Below, in pieces: positions 28,330-32,000 of a stretch of DNA of 32,000 bases. A program made the translations under genes and the position numbers. Origin of the DNA: Thermococcus kodakarensis KOD1. GTDB taxonomy: Archaea; Methanobacteriota_B; Thermococci; Thermococcales; Thermococcaceae. Numbering within the stretch: position 1 is the first letter of the stretch; each line of letters starts with the position of its first letter. The notes under the pieces were generated by a model. The model saw only the letters and a program-made list of their open reading frames with translations, was not told the DNA's origin and searched no databases. Location of the stretch: the NCBI RefSeq assembly GCF_000009965.1, contig NC_006624.1:210001-242000 (forward strand), read 5' to 3'.

Positions 28330-29690
28330 ATGTTTGTCAACCGCAGGGAAGAGCTGGCTTTTCTGGAGAGACTCCCTCGCTCCGGCAAAAAAGAAGTGCT
28401 GATAATTTACGGGCGCATGCGCGTTGGAAAGACCTAACTGATAAAGCGGTTTATTGCCGGGAAGAAGGCAGTCTATTTTTTAGCGGACAGGGGAGGGCTC
28501 GAAACTAACGCGATGCGATTCTACAGAGAGGCTGCCGAGATGCTCGGTCTCCCCGATGTTGAGGTGGGGGGCTTCAGAAGGGCCTTTGAGTTGATAAAGC
28601 TGAAGGCGCCCCGAAGGCTGGTGGTCGTCATAGACGAGTTTTCATACCTGCTACTGGCAGACAAAAACACTCCTGCCGTTTTTCAAGCGATAATAGATGA
28701 GAAACTCGATGACAGGTTCTTTCTGATACTGGGCGGCTCCCTCCTGGGTCTGATGGAGGGTCTGATGGGGTACACCAATCCGCTCTACGGGAGAAGAACG
28801 GCCCAGCTAAAGCTGAAACCCCTCGGCTTCTTCCACGTGGCAGAATACTTCAGGGATAAGCCCGTTGAGACAGTTGTTAAGATTTACTCCGTCACAGGCG
28901 GCGTTCCAATGTACTTCAGACTCTTCCGAGGCGATGACTTTGGGAGGGAGCTTTTAGAGACTGCGTTTTCGTCGACTTCCATCTTGTATGAAGAGCCTGA
29001 ATTCATTCTCCGGGAGGAGCTTAGGGAAGTACACCGCTACTACATAATCCTTGAAGCAATGGCGAGCGGGAAGCACAGGTTGAGCGAGATCGCCCATTGG
29101 GCTGGGATAGAAGCAAAGGACATGCCCAAGTACCTGAGGACTCTCATTTCTCTTGACCTTGTGAGGCGGGAAGTTCCAGTAACTGAGAGCGAGAGGAGCA
29201 GAAAAGCGCGCTACTACCTCAAAGACCGCTTCTTTGAGTTCTGGTTCCGCTTTGTAAAACCAAACAGGGGAAGGGTAGAGATTGGAACTTTTGAAATGGA
29301 CTGGGAGGCTTTCAACACCTACGTTGGGAAGGCCTTTGAAGAGATATCAAGGCAGTTTTTGCTCGAGCTGAACAAAACCAACGGGCTCCCGTTCAGATTC
29401 ACCAAAATCGGCCGCTGGTGGCACAAGAAAGAGGAGGTTGACCTCGTTGCCCTCAACGAAAGGGAGAAGAAGGCGCTTTTCATCGAGGTGAAGTGGAAGG
29501 AACTGGGGAAAGGGAAGCGAAGGGAATTCTGAAAGACCTTGTGAGAAAGTCAACACTGGTGGGTCTGGACGGCTGGGAGACGGACTACGGGCTTATCGCC
29601 AGGAAGGTAGCTGGAAAGGAGGAACTAAGGAAAGAGGGATATCCAACCTGGGATCTTGGAGATTTCAAAAACCTCCGCTCTCAGACGTAG
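28330..29690 (+). pseudogene. Archaeal ATPase (P-loop, DUF234-type C-terminus) disrupted by a nonsense codon and a frameshift
   Basis: From ATG 28330: MFVNRREELAFLERLPRSGKKEVLIIYGRMRVGKT*LIKRF. TAA at 28435-28437 sits inside the Walker A motif, in the same frame as ORF 28513..29532. The C-terminus continues in ORF 29493..29690 after a 1-nt shift at the G4 run 29505-29508. Confidence 0.8.
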
Positions 29691-30430
29691 AACACCATCC
29701 CGTCGTACGCTACCAGAACCTTGTTCCCCCACCTTTTTCTCACATATTCAACGAGCTCAAGGAAAGGCAGGTTCTTATGGGAGATGTGGCTCAGAACGGT
29801 TCTCTCCGCCAGCTGAAGGCCTATTTCTGCTGCTTCATCCACGTTGTTGTGGTAGGGGTCATTAAAGCCCGGCGGATAGGTGGCGTCCACAACTACTCCC
29901 CTCAAGGGGGCTTTCTTCCTCAAAACCTGCCAGGTCTCTTCCGGAAGGCCTTTAGTATCATAGAGCAGGGCAAAACTCTTTCCGTCCTCTTCTATTAGGT
30001 AACCGAGGGTTTCTACCTGGTGGTTGAGCTTCAAGGCGGTGATTTTTAGAGTGTCGATTTTTATCCTGTCCATGGGCTTCAGAGTCTTTGGTTTCAGGTT
30101 CTTTGGCTCGTTGAGAATCAGCGCGTCGGCCTGCCCCTCAGGCGCGTAGAGTTCGGTCTCCATCGCCATCCAGCGGAGCTTGTAGAGGCCGTAGATGTGA
30201 TCGTGGTGCCAGTGGGTCAGGAAAATAGCCTCAAGGGGGACGTTGAGGAAGTCTCTTATGTCCGTCCCAACGTCGAAGAGAACTGTTTTTCGATTTTCAG
30301 TGACTACGGCGAGCGTTGAGGGCCTTCTCTGGGCGAAGCCGAACTTTCGAGCTTCGTTGCAGGAGGAGCAGGTGCAGAGATGGGCAGGAATTCCCTCGCT
30401 ACCGCCGGTGCCGATGAAGTAGACTAGCAT
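29681..30430 (-). CDS. Metallo-beta-lactamase-fold hydrolase (PhnP-like)
   Basis: 249 aa with the HWHHDH motif and an N-terminal GTGGSEGIP..C.C..C zinc-knuckle region. Confidence 0.85.
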   Translation of the reverse strand: MLVYFIGTGGSEGIPAHLCTCSSCNEARKFGFAQRRPSTLAVVTENRKTVLFDVGTDIRDFLNVPLEAIFLTHWHHDHIYGLYKLRWMAMETELYAPEGQADALILNEPKNLKPKTLKPMDRIKIDTLKITALKLNHQVETLGYLIEEDGKSFALLYDTKGLPEETWQVLRKKAPLRGVVVDATYPPGFNDPYHNNVDEAAEIGLQLAERTVLSHISHKNLPFLELVEYVRKRWGNKVLVAYDGMVFYV

Positions 30431-30572
30431 CTCCCATCACCCATATTTTATGGCTATAAAACTTTGCCCCTCCTTATAAACATTGCTTACATCTTTGTGC
30501 ACTAAAGTACCACTTCAGGTGAATCACTACTTTTATTAACACTGAGCATCAGTTTTGTTCGAGGTGTTGTTA

Positions 30573-32000
30573 ATGAGTGAGGCTATTGAGACATGTTGTA
30601 CAAACAGCCATGGCAAAATAGAGAAGGAGCTCGAGAGGAGGCGCTCCTCCATAAGGCCCATAAACGAGAGGGTCGCTAAACTCAGAGAAGAAAGCGTGAA
30701 CACTGAGGTGAGAATCTCTTCTGAGAGGGCGAGGCTGATAACCGAGTTCTACAAGAGCGACCTGGCGAAGGGAAAATCGATCCCAGTTCAGAGGGCGCTT
30801 GCCTTCAAGTACCTCCTCGAGCACTGTAGCCTACCTGTTGAAGACGGGCAGCTCATCGTCGGGATTAGGGGCACTGGCGTTAAAGAGGTTCCAACTTATC
30901 CTGAAATCACCGTTCACAGCATAGAGGACCTTGAAATTTTGAACTCAAGGGAGAACATGCCATACAGGGTTGATGAGGAGACTAAAGAACTCTACGAGAG
31001 GGAGATAATCCCCTTCTGGAAAGGAAGGGCGATGAGGGATATAATTTTCGAGAACCTGCCCCAGGAGTGGATTGATGCTTACGAAGCCGGCGTCTGGACG
31101 GAGTTCATGGAGCAGAGGGCTCCGGGACACACTGCGGGTGGCGAGAGAATTTTCAAGATGGGCGTTCTCGACATCAAAGAGGAGATCAGGAGGAAGATGG
31201 AGGAACTCGACCCGAGCGACCCTGAGTATTACGAGAAGATGGAAGAGCTTAAGGCAATGGACATCGTTGCAGATGCGATTTTAATCTACGCCCGGAGATA
31301 CGCTGAAAAGCTGGAGAAAATGGCGGAGGAGGAGACCGACCCCAAGAGAAAAGAAGAGCTGAAGCAGATGGCCGAGATATGCAGGTGGGTGCCCGCTCAT
31401 CCCCCCAGAACCTTCTGGGAGGCCTTACAGCACTACTGGTTCATACACGTGGGAGTCACCTATGAGACCAACCCGTGGGACTCATTCAACCCCGGCAGGA
31501 TAGACCAGCACCTCTACCCCTTCTACAAGAAGGACATAGAGGAGGGAAGGCTTACGAGGGAGAAAGCGAAAGAGCTCCTCCAGTGCTTCTGGCTCAAGTT
31601 CAACAACCAGCCTGCCGTTCCGAAGGTTGGGGTGACTGCGGAGGAGAGCTTCACATACAACGACTTCTCAAAGCTCAACGTTGGCGGACTGAAGGAGGAC
31701 GGCTCCGATGGAGTTAATGAGCTCTCCTATCTGATTCTTGAAGTCCTCGGCGAGATGAGGACTTTGCAGCCAAACACTGCCGTGCTGGTGAGCGAGAAGA
31801 ACCCTGACTGCCTCCTCATTGAAGCCCTGAAGGTGGTTGGGCCGGGATTCGGCGAGCCGCCGTTCTTCAACTTCGACGGCGTCATAGTGAAGATGCTCAG
31901 GCAGGGTAAGAGCCTTGAGGATGCGAGAACTTCGGGAGTGAGCGGCTGCGTGGAGAGCGGAGCCTTCGGGAAGGAAGCCTACATACTCACCGGCTACTTC
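30573..32000 (+). CDS. Glycyl radical enzyme, PFL-like / dehydratase-type (5' 476 codons, 3' end outside window)
   Basis: My own translation from ATG 30573, with GAGGTG 6 nt upstream, is open to the window end. It reads MSEAIETCC...RTFWEALQHYWFIHVG...NPWDSFNPGRIDQ...TSGVSGCVESGAFGKE. The GCVE active-site motif is typical of PflD/glycerol-dehydratase-type GREs. It is absent from the track because no stop falls in the window. Confidence 0.85.
   Translation, partial: MSEAIETCCTNSHGKIEKELERRRSSIRPINERVAKLREESVNTEVRISSERARLITEFYKSDLAKGKSIPVQRALAFKYLLEHCSLPVEDGQLIVGIRGTGVKEVPTYPEITVHSIEDLEILNSRENMPYRVDEETKELYEREIIPFWKGRAMRDIIFENLPQEWIDAYEAGVWTEFMEQRAPGHTAGGERIFKMGVLDIKEEIRRKMEELDPSDPEYYEKMEELKAMDIVADAILIYARRYAEKLEKMAEEETDPKRKEELKQMAEICRWVPAHPPRTFWEALQHYWFIHVGVTYETNPWDSFNPGRIDQHLYPFYKKDIEEGRLTREKAKELLQCFWLKFNNQPAVPKVGVTAEESFTYNDFSKLNVGGLKEDGSDGVNELSYLILEVLGEMRTLQPNTAVLVSEKNPDCLLIEALKVVGPGFGEPPFFNFDGVIVKMLRQGKSLEDARTSGVSGCVESGAFGKEAYILTGYF

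Noticed and set aside
28242-28508. 88-aa + strand ORF upstream of the ATPase ORF
   Set aside because: It is in the wrong frame. The adjacent frame reads as the canonical ATPase N-terminus (MFVNRREEL...GRMRVGKT) interrupted by TAA, which explains the region better.
31072-31717. Small track ORFs (31072-31284 +, 31475-31717 +, 30570-30824 -, 30945-31130 -)
   Set aside because: All lie within the long open frame of the glycyl radical enzyme starting at 30573, and they have no motifs of their own.

Overview
The window looks like a Thermococcales chromosome, by gene content and order, SD-like GGTGAT motifs and TATA-type promoters. From memory the order matches Thermococcus kodakarensis TK0250-TK0289, which I cannot verify here. 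It is a dense amino-acid biosynthesis supercluster. On the + strand: the 3' end of the his operon (hisC fragment plus a HAD/DDDD phosphatase) and trpCDEGFBA. On the - strand, convergent with trp: a small wHTH regulator (Tar-like), split transketolase, DAHP synthase and aroB-aroD-aroE-aroK-aroA-aroC. These are followed by an AroQ chorismate mutase missing from the ORF track, an aminotransferase and tyrA. Next come a frameshifted proC (+) and the LysW-carrier aminoadipate lysine/ornithine cluster on the - strand (homocitrate synthase, homoaconitase large and small subunits, homoisocitrate dehydrogenase, lysW-X-Y-Z-J-K). The window ends with a nitroreductase, an archaeal ATPase gene carrying two lesions, an MBL-fold hydrolase and the 5' 476 codons of a PFL-like glycyl radical enzyme. 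I found no rRNA, tRNA, CRISPR array or mobile element. Three promoters carry the TGGACA-N8-TGTCCA operator known for the aromatic regulator Tar. The signal not explained by ordinary annotation is a 17-nt module, GGTGATGTCCCGCCAAT. It occurs three times at the predicted 5' end of the aro/regulator transcript and once at the 5' end of the chorismate mutase transcript. All three Tar-type transcripts open with SD-like GGTGA followed by a first AUG, which starts a short out-of-frame ORF carrying Phe/Trp/Tyr codons. This may be a translation-level, leader-peptide-like control layer. That is a hypothesis only.
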